A stretch of 64,000 nucleotides of DNA from an uncultured Armatimonadetes bacterium (lineage in GTDB: Bacteria; Armatimonadota; UBA5829; DTJY01): positions 5,216,001 through 5,280,000 of the forward strand of contig OY970325.1 of assembly GCA_963717145.1 (NCBI GenBank), written 5' to 3'. Positions within the stretch are counted from its first letter, which is position 1. Each line of letters opens with the position of its first letter. The notes beneath the pieces are model-generated. The model was not told the DNA's origin. It saw nothing but the letters and a program-made list of their open reading frames with translations, and ran no database searches. Both the position numbers and the translations under genes were made by a program. This document shows, piece after piece, positions 1 through 9,532 of the stretch.

Positions 1-2
1 AG

Positions 3-3000
3 AGTGCCACGGCCTCCGAGCAGTCTGCCCGAACAGTCGTCACGCTCACTACGTCATCGCTGCCCAATAACCTGCCGATCACCGTGACGGTAACAGGTGT
101 ATCCGATCTCTGGGGCAATCTCATGAGTACCAACAACCAGGCCTCGTTCCGCACCGGTCCGCTTCAGTTGACCGGTTCGAGTATTATCGAGGGGATCCAA
201 TCGGAAGTGTTCTTCAACCGGCCTCTTCTGAGCGCGGACGGGAGCAACTTCTGGTACGACGGATGGCAGCAGTGCGCAGGCATATCAGCCAACTTTGGCG
301 ATGAGACGGTTGTATTACTGACGGGCCCGCCGCTGTATAGAGATGTCTGGGTGACCGGCATTCAGGGCCTGGCAGGCGGCACAGTGGAGGCAGGGGCCTT
401 CATTGTACCCAGACCTCGTGTGCTTGGTGCAGCCTGGGTTGACAGTGACAGTGTGGACGTCGCATTCGATCCGGCTGAGAATTCCCTCTCCCAGGCGAGC
501 GTTCTGGAACCCAGCAGCTACTTCATCAACGATGGTCTGCCGGTGACCGCCTGCACACTTGTGGACGAGTACGGGCCGGTTGTGAGACTCACGACTGGTG
601 TACAGGCTCCGAATCGAAGCTATGTGCTCGGAGTGCCTGGTGCGAGAGGCACGAGTGGGTGTCGATCCTTCGGCGATTGGGTACTGACCTCGTTCAGTAC
701 GCCGAGCATGAGCAGCAACGCTGCTTCACTGGAGTTCGAGCGATCCTACATACGCCTGCAGGCGAACGGGACGGATAGCGCCACCCTGAAGGTGGTGCTG
801 AAGGATGTGTACGGGAACCCGGCTGTTACCGCCAATAATCCCGTCACTATCGCCATTACGCAGGGGCAGAACAGCGCCGTCTTGTCGCAGACCACTCCTA
901 TCACACCTCAGAATGGCGTTGTGACTGTCACGTGCACGGCGACAACCGTGCCGGGTGCGATCGAAGTAACGGCCATGAGCACCGGTCTGCAGACGGTTAC
1001 TCTGCACGGATACGTGACCGGACCTGTTACGGAGGGCTGGCCCTCATTCCTCGGCTTCGATTCTGTCTATTCGTCTCCGGCCATCGCCGATATCGATGGT
1101 GACGGTTCAACTGAGGCGGTCGTCGGCACCCGGGACGGCAGGCTTCTCAGCATCGAGGCTGATGGAACCGTGCTGGAGATCAAGTCCGGTCTGTGCAGCA
1201 TCAGCTACGCTCCGGCAATTGCCAACATGGACTCGGACCCGCAGCCGGAGATCGTGGTTGCCACCGACAGTGACGCCGGCGGGGGGCAGGTCTGGGTCCT
1301 GGACTATGATGGTACTGTGCTTCCCGGCTGGCCGCAGGGAGATGGAGAGCCTACGACCGTTGAGGCCAGCTCGTCACCGGCAGTCGCTGATATCGATGGA
1401 GACGGGTCTCTGGAGATCATCGTAGGGTCCTCCACGATGCAGGTATGGGCATACAACCATGATGGAACAGTGGCGGCAGGTTGGCCACAGAATGCCATGG
1501 ACCCGGTATGCGCTACTCCGGCCATCGGTGACATCGATGGCGATGGCGACCTGGAGGTTGTGGCCGGTGATTACACAGGGTACATCTGGGCATGGAATGG
1601 TGATGGGAGTCCTGTCTCCACATGGCCGTCCGAGCCGCAGTTCGGGCTCGGTTACGCCCTCAGCAGCCCGGCTCTGGCCAACCTCGATGACGATGGCAAG
1701 ATGGAGATCGTCGTCGGTACCTGCCGGCCTGACCACACAGGCTACCTCCTTGCCCTGAACGAAGATGCTTCCTACCTGAGCGGCTGGCCCATCACCATGA
1801 ACACCGGGGTATGTACTTCGCCGGCGATCGGTGACCTCGATGGAGACGGCCTGCTGGACATCGTGGTGGCCGGCATGAACGGCCGAGTGTACGCCGTCAC
1901 TCCATCCGCTGTTCCAGTGACAGGTTGGTCCGCTCCGTATCTGGGAGCTGCTACTCCCTATGATGGTACCTACAGGCAGTCATCACCGGTTCTCGCGGAC
2001 GTAGACGGCGATACCTCGCTCAAGGTTCTGATCGGATGTCAGGATGGCAAGCTCTATGCGTTCAACTCCAACAGTTCTCTCGTAGCCGGATGGCCCAAGG
2101 CGACCGGAGGACCCATGACGTCGACCCCGGCTATCGGCAACCTGGATGGCGACAACTACTGGGACGCGGTTGTCGGATCCGGTGACGGCGGCATCCACAG
2201 GTGGGAGATCGGCCCGGCCGACACCGCATCCACTCCCGCATCCCTATTCCCGTGGACGACGTTCCACGGGGATAACCAGCGCACGGGCGCATTCTGGCAT
2301 ACCGTGGCCAGTCTGCCCAGAATCGGTGACTTGGCCGACTGTGCGGATGGAACCAGGGTGCGTCTTGCCGGCTGCACGGTGAGTCGAGCTTTCGACGCCG
2401 ATCACGTGTTCTACGTCGAATCAGCGGATCGTTCGTCCGGGGTCAGGGTCGCGCCGAAGCCCTGGATGCCTCTGCCTGCACAGGGAGATCAGGTTGACGT
2501 CGTTGGCATCCTTCACACCGGCAGCGGAGTAGAACGGTATGTCGAGGTGCTGTCAATCATGACCACGACGAGTGCCAATGCCATTCCCGAGTCTCTGGGA
2601 ATGAGGAACAACTGGCTGGGCGGAATCAGCTATGGAACTGCATCCGGTATTGCCCAACCCAATCCCCCGAATGGGCCCTGCGATCTCTATAACATCGGCC
2701 TGCTGGTAAACACCTGGGGTGTCGTCACCGCTGTGGAGGACGATTATTTCTACATCGACGATGGCGCTGAGTTGCAGGATGGGAGTAGCAACGTAGGCGT
2801 CTGTGCGAGGTGCTATGGGTTCGCTCCCCCGTACGACGTCGGCGACTACGTTCATGTGATCGGCATCAGTTCCATGAGTGGGGGGCATCCGCAGCTCCTG
2901 GTCAGCAGCATAGCGGATGTGGATGTGCTCTCAGGCACTGTTGTCCAACTCCAGGTATCTCCAGGGTCTATGCTGATCGGGCTGAATCGGGCGACTATAG

Positions 3001-3515
3001 ACCCGGATCCGTCGAGTGTCTTCTCAAGCATTGATAACTGGTCACTGGACGGGAATCTCGTCCGCCGGGATGCATGCACGGGATTGGACGTGTACTATGA
3101 CGCGGAGATGCCTGACGGCTTCGGCTCTGTGCTCATTGGAGAAGGTTACTGGCTGCTCAACCTGGCACAATCGGATACCATTGAGTACCAGGGTGTAGAC
3201 GTATCTGATTCCGATCACTGGCTTAGTCTTCCCAAGACTGGATGGTCGATAGTCTCGCATCCATTCGCCTACAACGTACCTTGGGCAAGCTACCTGGTTA
3301 CCAACGGGAAAGAAACCAAGACATTGACGGCGGCTTCTGGTTACGGGGCAGGTTGGCTGAACTCCTACGGGTACTTCTGGTGCGAGCAGGGAATCTGTGA
3401 TTTCGGTTTGGAGGAGGATTGGGCGTCAGTCCAAGAGTGGTACCCGGGACACGGCTACTGGGTCGAGACTTATGTTGACGGGCTGGCTCTGATCGCGCCG
3501 AGAGTCGATCCATAG
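3..3515 (+). CDS. Large secreted/surface protein with Ig-like (Big_1-type) domain, FG-GAP/VCBS beta-propeller repeats and C-terminal OB-fold-like domains; 5' truncated by window
   Basis: Frame is open from base 3 (SATASEQSARTVVTLTT...), upstream of the listed 84 start; about 8 repeats of SSPAIxDIDGDGxxEIVVG; ANGTDSATLKVVLKDVYGNP Big_1-like motif. Confidence 0.85.
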   Translation, partial: SATASEQSARTVVTLTTSSLPNNLPITVTVTGVSDLWGNLMSTNNQASFRTGPLQLTGSSIIEGIQSEVFFNRPLLSADGSNFWYDGWQQCAGISANFGDETVVLLTGPPLYRDVWVTGIQGLAGGTVEAGAFIVPRPRVLGAAWVDSDSVDVAFDPAENSLSQASVLEPSSYFINDGLPVTACTLVDEYGPVVRLTTGVQAPNRSYVLGVPGARGTSGCRSFGDWVLTSFSTPSMSSNAASLEFERSYIRLQANGTDSATLKVVLKDVYGNPAVTANNPVTIAITQGQNSAVLSQTTPITPQNGVVTVTCTATTVPGAIEVTAMSTGLQTVTLHGYVTGPVTEGWPSFLGFDSVYSSPAIADIDGDGSTEAVVGTRDGRLLSIEADGTVLEIKSGLCSISYAPAIANMDSDPQPEIVVATDSDAGGGQVWVLDYDGTVLPGWPQGDGEPTTVEASSSPAVADIDGDGSLEIIVGSSTMQVWAYNHDGTVAAGWPQNAMDPVCATPAIGDIDGDGDLEVVAGDYTGYIWAWNGDGSPVSTWPSEPQFGLGYALSSPALANLDDDGKMEIVVGTCRPDHTGYLLALNEDASYLSGWPITMNTGVCTSPAIGDLDGDGLLDIVVAGMNGRVYAVTPSAVPVTGWSAPYLGAATPYDGTYRQSSPVLADVDGDTSLKVLIGCQDGKLYAFNSNSSLVAGWPKATGGPMTSTPAIGNLDGDNYWDAVVGSGDGGIHRWEIGPADTASTPASLFPWTTFHGDNQRTGAFWHTVASLPRIGDLADCADGTRVRLAGCTVSRAFDADHVFYVESADRSSGVRVAPKPWMPLPAQGDQVDVVGILHTGSGVERYVEVLSIMTTTSANAIPESLGMRNNWLGGISYGTASGIAQPNPPNGPCDLYNIGLLVNTWGVVTAVEDDYFYIDDGAELQDGSSNVGVCARCYGFAPPYDVGDYVHVIGISSMSGGHPQLLVSSIADVDVLSGTVVQLQVSPGSMLIGLNRATIDPDPSSVFSSIDNWSLDGNLVRRDACTGLDVYYDAEMPDGFGSVLIGEGYWLLNLAQSDTIEYQGVDVSDSDHWLSLPKTGWSIVSHPFAYNVPWASYLVTNGKETKTLTAASGYGAGWLNSYGYFWCEQGICDFGLEEDWASVQEWYPGHGYWVETYVDGLALIAPRVDP

Positions 3516-3550
3516 GCCTGGACCAGGAGTGGATGGGCTAGACCGAATGC

Positions 3551-3587
3551 GGGCAGAGGCACAGCGGAGTTGCCTCTGCCCTTTGTT
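3551..3587 (+). terminator. Rho-independent terminator
   Basis: GGGCAGAGGCA-N9-TGCCTCTGCCC followed by TTTGTT, 35 nt after the stop of the FG-GAP gene. Confidence 0.7.
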
Positions 3588-3775
3588 ATGTGCTGGGAGT
3601 CAGCGTTACATTGGAGTTCAGACCTCCTGCCTGTCGGGACGCCGCCCGTCGCCTTGCGAGAAGCCCGATAGCGAATGGGGGTATGCCGGGGGATGATTGC
3701 ACGGCGGGCGTGTCGAATCTATCCGTGCGATGCGCTCTGCCACTGACACAGCCGCCGAGGGGGACGCGAGGAGAG

Positions 3776-5746
3776 ATGGGGGGAGGAGAGACGCCGGGAG
3801 GATGCCACGGTCTGTCGCTCAGGGGCGTGATCGTCGGGCTCGTCATGGTGGTCGTGATATGCCTGCTGGTCTCCTACGCCGAACTGGTCACCGCCGTCAT
3901 CCTCGTCGGCTCGCAGCAGATGCCGCCCGCGGTCGTCGCCGTGTTCATGGTGATCGTGCTGATGAACGCGGGATTGAGCCGCCTGAAGAGGAGCCTCGGT
4001 CTCAGTCCCGCCGACCTCGTGACGGTCTACTGCATGATGCTGATCGCCGCCATGATCTCCGCCAGGGGGATCGTCGAGAAGCTGCTGACGATGCTGGTGA
4101 CCGCCAACTACTTCGCCGACCCGACGAACCGCTGGCAGGAGCTGTTCTTCCCGCACATCAAGAAGTGGCTGGTCGCGTTCGATCCCGCCGGCGATCCGAA
4201 GCAGTTCGTGGCCACGCGCTTCTTCGAGGGACTCAGGGCGGGGGAGCATATCCCATGGGGCTTGTGGATCGTCCCGCTCGCGGCGTGGGGAGCGCTCTGC
4301 CTGATGGTGCTCTTCGCATTCCTCTGTCTCGCCTCGATCCTCAGGCGGCAGTGGGTCGATAACGAGAAGCTCCCGTTCCCGCTCGTCCAGCCGTCGCTCG
4401 AACTGATCCGCGACTCGGTCACCGGCGGCTCGGTTCTGCGCAACAAGCCGCTCTGGATCGGGTTCAGCCTGCCGGTCGTGGTGTACGCGATCAACGGACT
4501 GCACAACTGGTATCCCAACCTCCCGATGATGCCGGTCGCGCAGAGCCTCGACTTCTTCACGAGCCCGCCCTGGAACGCCTGGGGTGGGGCGCGGATGTAC
4601 TTCTCCTTCGCGGCGATCGGGTTCTGCTTCCTGCTGCCGATGGAGATGCTCTTCTCGCTCTGGTTCTTCTACATGTTCTCGAAGCTGCAGGCGGTCATCG
4701 CGACGTCGTTCGGCATGGAGATGCAGGGCATGCCGATGTATCCGTGTAGCCAGATGATCGGCTATCAGACCGCGGGCGCATACATCGTGCTGGCGATCTA
4801 CATGCTCTACACCGCGCGTCCGCACCTCAAGCGAGTCCTCCGCGCCGCGATGGGCAGGGAGCAGGTCGATGACTCGCGGGAACTGATGCCGTGTCGGACG
4901 GCGGTCTGGGGGCTCGCGCTCTCCTTCGTGCTGATCGTGGCGTGGTGCTGTCTCGCGGGGATGTCGCTCTGGGTCGCGGTCGGGCTGATGGGCATCTTCA
5001 TCTTCGTGGTGGCGCTCGTGATGACCCGAGCCACCGCCGAGGCGGGCCTATTCATGACGGAGGTGTCGTGGCGGCCGATCGACCTCTATCGGATGTTCGC
5101 GCCGGTCAGCGCGCTCGGTCCGGCGAACATCACGATGCTCACGTTCATGGACGCGGGCTTCATGCGCGATCAGCGGGGACTCGTGCTGACCGGGATCATG
5201 GACGCGCTCAAGATGACGGACAGCGCGAAGATCCGCAGCCGATCGTTCCTTCCCGGCCTGATCGCGGCGATCGTTCTGGCGCTCCTGGTGGCGGGCGCGG
5301 CACACGTCTGGCTGCCATACAAGTTCGCGGGGCTGACGATGTACTGGTATCCGTATCGCGGGAACAACCTGTGGGCGATGTGGGACTACCAGGGGCACAT
5401 CACCGGGATGACGCGCGATCTGGGACGGCAGGCGTCGGCGTTCTTCGGGGTCGGGGTGGTGGTCACGATCCTGCTCTCGTACATGCGGGCGGCGTTCTAC
5501 TGGTGGCCGCTTCATCCACTCGGGTACGCGCTCTGCGGCTCGTGGAGCATGGTCGTCCTGTGGTTCTCATGCGCGTTCGTATGGATCGTGAAGGGCTTCC
5601 TGTTGCGCTACGGGGGGATGCGCATGTATATTAGGGCGAGGCCGGTGTTCATCGGGATGATGCTCGGGGAGTTCTTCATGGCGGCGCTCTGGACGCTCAT
5701 CAGCGCGACGACCGGCGCGCCCGTCCCGGAGTTCCCCTGGCCGTAA
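3776..5746 (+). CDS. DUF6785/DUF6784-type polytopic membrane protein (putative transporter), paralog 1
   Basis: Many TM helices; ILRRQWVDNEKLPFP, RATAEAG and WWPLHPLGY motifs shared with the two other paralogs; ATG 3776 follows GAGGAG. Confidence 0.8.
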   Translation: MGGGETPGGCHGLSLRGVIVGLVMVVVICLLVSYAELVTAVILVGSQQMPPAVVAVFMVIVLMNAGLSRLKRSLGLSPADLVTVYCMMLIAAMISARGIVEKLLTMLVTANYFADPTNRWQELFFPHIKKWLVAFDPAGDPKQFVATRFFEGLRAGEHIPWGLWIVPLAAWGALCLMVLFAFLCLASILRRQWVDNEKLPFPLVQPSLELIRDSVTGGSVLRNKPLWIGFSLPVVVYAINGLHNWYPNLPMMPVAQSLDFFTSPPWNAWGGARMYFSFAAIGFCFLLPMEMLFSLWFFYMFSKLQAVIATSFGMEMQGMPMYPCSQMIGYQTAGAYIVLAIYMLYTARPHLKRVLRAAMGREQVDDSRELMPCRTAVWGLALSFVLIVAWCCLAGMSLWVAVGLMGIFIFVVALVMTRATAEAGLFMTEVSWRPIDLYRMFAPVSALGPANITMLTFMDAGFMRDQRGLVLTGIMDALKMTDSAKIRSRSFLPGLIAAIVLALLVAGAAHVWLPYKFAGLTMYWYPYRGNNLWAMWDYQGHITGMTRDLGRQASAFFGVGVVVTILLSYMRAAFYWWPLHPLGYALCGSWSMVVLWFSCAFVWIVKGFLLRYGGMRMYIRARPVFIGMMLGEFFMAALWTLISATTGAPVPEFPWP

Positions 5747-5749
5747 AAA

Positions 5750-5777
5750 GTAGGGAACGTGCCGCCGTGCCGTTCCG
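5750..5777. repeat. Single GTAG-type REP-like hairpin
   Basis: GTAG-GGAACG-tgccgccgtgc-CGTTCC directly after the stop codon. Confidence 0.5.
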
Positions 5778-6052
5778 CAGCCAAGATGTCCCCCTTACGA
5801 AGGGGGACCGGCCTCTGGGCCGAGGGGGTTTCCGCGTGTGGGTGCGCATACAAACCTCCCCCGGCCTGCTGGCCGGCCCCTCCTTCGTAAGGAGGGGCGC
5901 AGACGGCTTCCGGGCCGAGGGGGTTGCCGCGCGCGGGTCCACGAAACGGAACCGCCAAGACGCCAAGGACGCCAAGCGAACCTCCCCCGGCCTGCTGGCC
6001 GGCCCCTCCTTCGTAAGGAGGGGCGCAGACGGCCTGCTGGCCGAGGAGGTTT
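5776..6052 (-). mobile_element. Gene-less (MITE/REPIN-like) copy of the DUF559-element ends plus a further tandem end copy
   Basis: 5781-5833 is the reverse complement of 10977-11030 (one mismatch, one indel); 5852-5898 is the exact reverse complement of 10505-10551; the left-end sequence recurs at 5979-6024. Confidence 0.8.
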
Positions 6053-6056
6053 CAAC

Positions 6057-8207
6057 ATGCGACAGATCGACTACAAGACATATCTCGACAAAGTGTACGG
6101 ATGCTGGATCGGCAAGTGCGTCGCCGGCACGATCGGCGCTCCCTATGAAGGCGCGAAGGAGCTGTTCGACTTCGAGTACGACCCGAAGCTGATCGAGAAG
6201 ATGCTCCCGAACGACGACCTCGACCTCCAGGTGCTCTGGCTGTCCGTCTTGGAAGAGAAAGGGATCGCCTTCACCTCCGACGACCTCGCCGATGCGTTCC
6301 TCAACAGGTGCAAGTACGCGCCCGGGGAGTACGCCTTCTTCAAGAAGAACTATGCCAGAGGCATCCATCCGCCGCTGAGTGGCGCGTACAACAACCGCTA
6401 CTACATCGAGGGAATGGGCTGCCCGATCCGCTCCGAGGTATGGGCCTGCATCGCTCCCGGCAACCCGCAACTCGCCGCCGAACTCGCGGCGAAGGACGGG
6501 GTGCTCGATCACGCGGGGAACTCGGTCTACGCCGAGCAGTTCCTCGCCGCACTCGAGGCCGCCGCGTTCTTCGAGAGCGACATCGGGAAGCTCGTCGAGA
6601 TCGGACTCAGTGTGATCCCCGAGGACTCGAAGATCGCCGGCCTGATCCGCGACGTCCGCGACTGGTGCCAGCTTGTGGGAGACGACTCGGGAGCGACTGT
6701 AGGGGCGTGCCTTGTGCCGCCTGTGACCGTCGACCAGGCGGCACAAGGCACGCCCCTACAGTCGCCTGTGACCGTCGACCAGGCGGCACAAGGCACGCCC
6801 CTACAGTCGCCTGCCGTAAGTGAGGACACCGGCGCTCCGGACTGGCGGTATGTCCGAAGCCAAATCCTGCGGAAGTACGGCCATCCGGACTGCACGAACA
6901 TGTACCAGAACATGGGGATCACGCTCCTGGCGCTCTTCCTGGGAAGGGACTTCCTCGACACGACCATGATGGCGCTCAACTGCGGGTTCGACACCGACTG
7001 CACCTGCGCGACCGCCGGCTCGGTGCTCGGCATCATCCAGGGCGCGGAGTACCTGAGCACGACGCACGAGTTCCCCGAGCAGCGCTTCAAGCTCGGAGTC
7101 GATGCGCCTCGCCGATCCGACCGCGTCCTCGATCTGGCCGAGGATACGTGCCTGATGGGCCTCCATTTCGCCGAGTACTTGAACAGGGATGTGGCGATCA
7201 TTGACGCGCCGAAGCCGCCTCAAATCGAGCGGCCGGAGTACGAAACGGTCAAGGTCTCGATCGATTACCAGGGAGTCCCGGCGATGGGCATCGGTGAGAC
7301 GCGAAAGATCAAGATTCTGTTTGACAACGAGCGCGTCAGCCCAGTCGGGATAGCGGTCTCCCTGACCGTCCCTGATGGCTGGGACGTATCCCCGACCTCC
7401 GCCGATCTGCTTCTCGATCCCGGCGTCAACTCCTGGGAGATCGAGGTGACCGTTCCGGCGGATATTCCGGTGCTGGATGAGCGGAACATGTTCGAGTTGG
7501 GATTCGATTCTTCCGCCGAGAGACCGGAAACCCCTCCCCAGCCCTCCCCGCAACGGAGAGGGAATCGCACTCTCTGCCCCCTCTCCGTTGCGGGGAGGGC
7601 TGGGGAGGGGTTTCCGGCTCGCTACCCATTCGGCATCGTCGGGGCGTCGGTGTGGGAAGTCTTCGGTCCATTCTGGCAGAACATCGGGCTCATCTCAGAG
7701 GGTACCAAGGACGAGATGGCGGATGTCGGCCGGATATACCACCTCAACACGCGCGTCGATCCCGACCGGGAGTACATGACGCTCGACGAGATTCTCGGGC
7801 CGAAGATCACCGGCGACGCGGCGAAGGAAGGGCAGGTCGTCTGCTTCGGCGAGGACCTGATGTCGATGTCGGACGCGGTCGGATTCCAGGGGCCGTGCGC
7901 GGTGTATATGGTGCGGCGGATGATCTCGCCGGAGGACCGAACGCTCGGGGTGCTCGTCGGCCATACGGACGCGTACAAGCTGTGGATCAATGGGGAACTG
8001 ATCAGCCGGCGGGACGACGTCGATTGGTGGACCGCCGAGAACGCGCACATCCACGGGGTGAAGATCAACAAGGGCGAGAACATGATCGTCCTGCAGATGA
8101 TCCGGCGCAGTTCCGAGGCGAAACTGAGCATCCTCTTCGTGAAGCGCGGCTCATGCTCCGAGCACTACTACGACTTCGCGTCGGTGAACCCGCGGCTCAG
8201 GGAGTAA
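6057..8207 (+). CDS. ADP-ribosylglycohydrolase family protein with C-terminal beta-sandwich domains; carries two in-frame palindromic insertions
   Basis: YLDKVYGCWIGK..AGTIGAPYEG, NDDLD and GFDTDC motifs; ATG 6057 after GAGGAGGT. Confidence 0.85.
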   Translation: MRQIDYKTYLDKVYGCWIGKCVAGTIGAPYEGAKELFDFEYDPKLIEKMLPNDDLDLQVLWLSVLEEKGIAFTSDDLADAFLNRCKYAPGEYAFFKKNYARGIHPPLSGAYNNRYYIEGMGCPIRSEVWACIAPGNPQLAAELAAKDGVLDHAGNSVYAEQFLAALEAAAFFESDIGKLVEIGLSVIPEDSKIAGLIRDVRDWCQLVGDDSGATVGACLVPPVTVDQAAQGTPLQSPVTVDQAAQGTPLQSPAVSEDTGAPDWRYVRSQILRKYGHPDCTNMYQNMGITLLALFLGRDFLDTTMMALNCGFDTDCTCATAGSVLGIIQGAEYLSTTHEFPEQRFKLGVDAPRRSDRVLDLAEDTCLMGLHFAEYLNRDVAIIDAPKPPQIERPEYETVKVSIDYQGVPAMGIGETRKIKILFDNERVSPVGIAVSLTVPDGWDVSPTSADLLLDPGVNSWEIEVTVPADIPVLDERNMFELGFDSSAERPETPPQPSPQRRGNRTLCPLSVAGRAGEGFPARYPFGIVGASVWEVFGPFWQNIGLISEGTKDEMADVGRIYHLNTRVDPDREYMTLDEILGPKITGDAAKEGQVVCFGEDLMSMSDAVGFQGPCAVYMVRRMISPEDRTLGVLVGHTDAYKLWINGELISRRDDVDWWTAENAHIHGVKINKGENMIVLQMIRRSSEAKLSILFVKRGSCSEHYYDFASVNPRLRE
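6693..6813. repeat. GTAGGGGCG-family REP doublet with 45-bp tandem duplication, in frame in CDS
   Basis: GCGACTGTAGGGGCGTGCCTTGTGCCGCCTG...CAGGCGGCACAAGGCACGCCCCTACAGTCGC; 45-nt unit twice (PVTVDQAAQGTPLQS x2). Confidence 0.9.
7524..7617. repeat. Perfect 39-bp inverted repeat (CCCCTCCCC..GGAGAGGG family), in frame in CDS
   Basis: CCGGAAACCCCTCCCCAGCCCTCCCCGCAACGGAGAGGG / 16-nt spacer / exact reverse complement. Confidence 0.9.
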
Positions 8208-8300
8208 GGGAGTGTGGGAGTATGGGAGTGTGGGGTATGGGAGTGTGGGAGTGTGGGAGTCCGGATCGCCCATACTCCCACACTCCCATACTCCCATACT
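8208..8300. repeat. Octamer GGGAGTRT tandem repeats in inverted arrangement between convergent genes
   Basis: About 6 GGGAGT(G/A)T units then (A(T/C)ACTCCC)n; related arrays at 9430-9520 and 37495-37515. Confidence 0.8.
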
Positions 8301-8306
8301 CTGCTA

Positions 8307-9206
8307 CTACTCCTCGTCGCCTCTGCCAAAGATGCGGGTCAGGAGGCCTGGCTTCCGGGGACTCTCGACCTCCGCCGGCTCATCGTCCGGCCAGTGGAGA
8401 TCGTTCGCGGCTGCATTCAGTCGGCGGAAGAGATCGTCCGCGGATTCATCCTGCTCGGTCTTATCCATGGAGTCGGCCTCAGATTGCGGCTTCACAATTG
8501 TTACCTGGGCGATCTCGGGTTCAGCCTCAGAGGCGGAGCGCGTCTCTTCGACCACCTCGGCCTCAACAGCGACCACCTCCTCACCTCGGGCTGACCGGGT
8601 CTCCGTGGGTCGAACGTCCCCCAGTGACTCCATGACAGGGGCGGGAGCGTCCACCGTCTGGGCGGAAGTGGTCTGTGCACTCGGCATCTCGACCGGCTCG
8701 GCTTCGACGTGCATCTCGGGCTTCGGCGACTCGACCTGCGGCGGAGAGGTCACGGGCGTCGTGACCGCGGAGACCTCTTTGGTCGGATCAGCCATTACCG
8801 GCCCGCTCGTCGTCCGGAAAATCTCGTCCTGCATCTCGCCGGCAAGCTCGTGTGTCCGGTGAAAGAGGTCGTTCACCCTGGACATGGTCTCTTCCCACTC
8901 GGGAGTGCCGCCGTCTTCGTTCTCCTTGGGGGCAGGCAGCTCCTTCACCAGATGCGTGAACTCGGCGGAGAGCGCCAGGTTTGTGTCCTGCATCTGGTGG
9001 AGCACCGAACTGGCGCGATGGAGCATATAGTTCAACTCGCGCTGGCGTTGAAGTAGTTCGGAGGCGATGTGGTTCATCGAGGTCTCGCGAGTGCGGAAGT
9101 CCTCGACCTGCTGCTGGAGAAGCTTGCTCCGTTCGGCCAGAACAGCCTTGTGCTTGAGCGCTCTGAGCAGCTTGTCCTTCATGTTCTCGCTGAAATCTGG
9201 TGACAC
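8307..9206 (-). CDS. Hypothetical protein, N-terminal coiled coil plus acidic low-complexity C-terminus
   Basis: 299-aa ORF, heptad-like N-terminal half, ends in GLLTRIFG amphipathic tail; GAGGG upstream. Confidence 0.7.
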   Translation of the reverse strand: MSPDFSENMKDKLLRALKHKAVLAERSKLLQQQVEDFRTRETSMNHIASELLQRQRELNYMLHRASSVLHQMQDTNLALSAEFTHLVKELPAPKENEDGGTPEWEETMSRVNDLFHRTHELAGEMQDEIFRTTSGPVMADPTKEVSAVTTPVTSPPQVESPKPEMHVEAEPVEMPSAQTTSAQTVDAPAPVMESLGDVRPTETRSARGEEVVAVEAEVVEETRSASEAEPEIAQVTIVKPQSEADSMDKTEQDESADDLFRRLNAAANDLHWPDDEPAEVESPRKPGLLTRIFGRGDEE

Positions 9207-9429
9207 GAATCATCCCTCGCTTGGTTCCCTGACGACTCCCGTCGTCGGGGATACTGGTACTTATACCAGGATTATCGGCGGTTTCGACGGCTTTTCTGAG
9301 GCGGCACTGCCAGTTCAAGTTTATCACCATTCTCGGAGGATGTAAACAAATGATGCCCGCCGACCCCTCATTCATCTCTACGCGTCACTCGGCCCAGGGG
9401 TTCCGGGTGAAGGAATCCGTCGTCCTGGA

Positions 9430-9520
9430 GGAGTATGGGAGTGTGGGAGAATGGGAGAATGGGAGTGTGGGAGTCCGGAACGCCCATACCCCCATTCTCC
9501 CACACCCCCATTCTCTCCCC
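9430..9520. repeat. Degenerate GGGAGTRT/GGGAGAAT octamer inverted array
   Basis: GGAGTATGGGAGTGTGGGAGAATGGGAGAATGGGAGTGTGGGAGT...CCCATACCCCCATTCTCCCACACCCCCATTCTC. Confidence 0.75.
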
Positions 9521-9532
9521 AGGAGGCATGCC

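Noticed and set aside
5838-6056. N-terminal extension of the glycohydrolase ORF (similarly the listed starts 9350, 10492, 22075, 22617, 55172)
   Set aside because: These extensions are read-through of repeats or of upstream genes in another frame; better starts with RBS lie downstream
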